A stretch of 64,000 bases of DNA, taken from Octopus bimaculoides (taxonomy: Eukaryota). Location: the NCBI RefSeq assembly GCF_001194135.2, contig NC_068986.1:2958991-3022990 (forward strand), read 5' to 3'. The position numbers and the translations under genes are program-made. Shown piece after piece: positions 62,886 through 64,000 of this stretch (position 1 is the stretch's first letter; each line of letters opens with the position of its first letter). The notes under the pieces are model-generated. The model worked only from the letters and a program-made list of their open reading frames with translations, searched no databases and was not told the DNA's origin.

Positions 62886-62944
62886 GATAGCAAACACAGA
62901 CACACACACACATCAGAGGAACATTCGATACATCAAATACAAAT

Positions 62945-63095
62945 ACTTCAGAAATCGTTAGAACGTGGGGAGAAAAAATAACATGCGGTGTCTGTTCTGT
63001 CATTTTATGATCAGAGTTCAAATTTCACCAGGACTGACTTTGCCTTTCATCCTGCCGGGGTCGAAGAAAAAAGGAATAAAGTACCAGTCTAGAGC
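62945..63095 (+). mobile_element. SINE family A
   Basis: cagaaatcgttagaacg...cagagttcaaattt...gactttgcctttcatcctgccggggtcga. Confidence 0.75.
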
Positions 63096-64000
63096 GTGAC
63101 ATTTGCGAAACGGTTAGAGAGAAGGACAAAATTATTTGTGCAATTTCTTTACGGATGCTTATGTTCTGAGAGTTCGTCTGCGAAGATACTGGTTGCAAAC
63201 TTTATGAATTACTACTATTCTTCCTTTTAAAACAAATCTTGCCTAGTTCTGCGGTGAGGAAATTAGGGTAGGGACATTTCCTGGCATAGGTACCTGGTCG
63301 AACCAGACTGACTAGGCCTTAGGCACACGCACAAGAGCGCGTGCCGCGCACGAAAGTATACATACGTTAAACTGAGGTTATTGTTATAAACTGGGTTTAG
63401 AATAACAGCAGCACGTTTACAGGCGGATGGACTCAAAACTGACATTAGAGTCAAATGCGAGTGTGCGTATGTGTATGCGTGTCTGTGTGCACATATTGTA
63501 TGTGTTTGTATATCAGTATATCATATGTATATGTGTATATGTGTATATGTCGCTACATGCATTAATGTAAGTGCATGTAAATATCGATTTGTGTACACAT
63601 GCAGTTATATATAAAAGACTGAGTATGTATGTATGTATGTATGTATGTATGTATGTATGTATGTATGTATGTATGTATCAGAAGAGGTGGAATATCTAAG
63701 TCCGAGCTAGTGACTAACTGAAAGTAGACTAATAACAGTTTGGTATTCAACAATAGTTGGTTGTTGTTGAGAACAGAATGTCTACGTGTTTCTCATAAAA
63801 GCGGGAACGCTCAAAATAGGCGATCAGTATTTATTTTAAAGATGTTACGTAGGGCATAAGAAACAGACGGCATAGTTTGGCTTCTGCATTGGCCTGTTCT
63901 CTTAATTCCTGTCTCCTTCATTCTTTTAGCTCAGTAAATAAATTTACTGAAAAATAAGAAAGAAAAAGCATGCACGACTAGACATACATTTACATATATA

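Larger units (their letters stand above)
1..64000. other. About 20 assembly gaps (N runs), nearly all flanked by (TA)n/(CA)n microsatellites
   Basis: For example 10489-10987, 17538-17936, 24384-25153, 40808-41199 and 59538-60065; real exons could be hidden in them. Confidence 0.95.

Noticed and set aside
2861-63753. Dozens of ORFs rich in YI, CV, HT, LS or X
   Set aside because: They are translations of (TA)n, (CA)n, (TACA)n and (CT)n microsatellites or N gaps

Overview
AT-rich, gap-ridden (many N runs) eukaryotic DNA dominated by microsatellites, tRNA-type SINEs and decayed transposons. The repeat landscape looks like a coleoid cephalopod, probably Octopus; this is recognition from memory, not verified. 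No intact long ORF, rRNA, tRNA gene or CRISPR array is present, and almost all ORF-track entries are microsatellite or N-run artefacts. Recognisable relics: mariner, a pogo-like transposase, hAT and Tc1 MITEs (one three-level nest), Helitron ends, two Penelope-like elements, RTE (one RT-less, multiply deleted copy), R4/Dong, CRE and L1/Tx1 fragments. The most notable signal is a set of small type I hammerhead-ribozyme motifs from several unrelated families (8036-8078, 31695-31733, 38350-38388, 39550-39596, 39789-39834, plus variant-core copies at 5529 and 44672). Most have a palindromic, dimer-dependent stem III, and one pair sits head-to-head in a 393-bp palindrome that puts one ribozyme on each strand. 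A few short candidate host exons and an E-box/CCAAT promoter-like site near 41.3 kb are reported at low confidence. SINE family letters A-F are my own labels.
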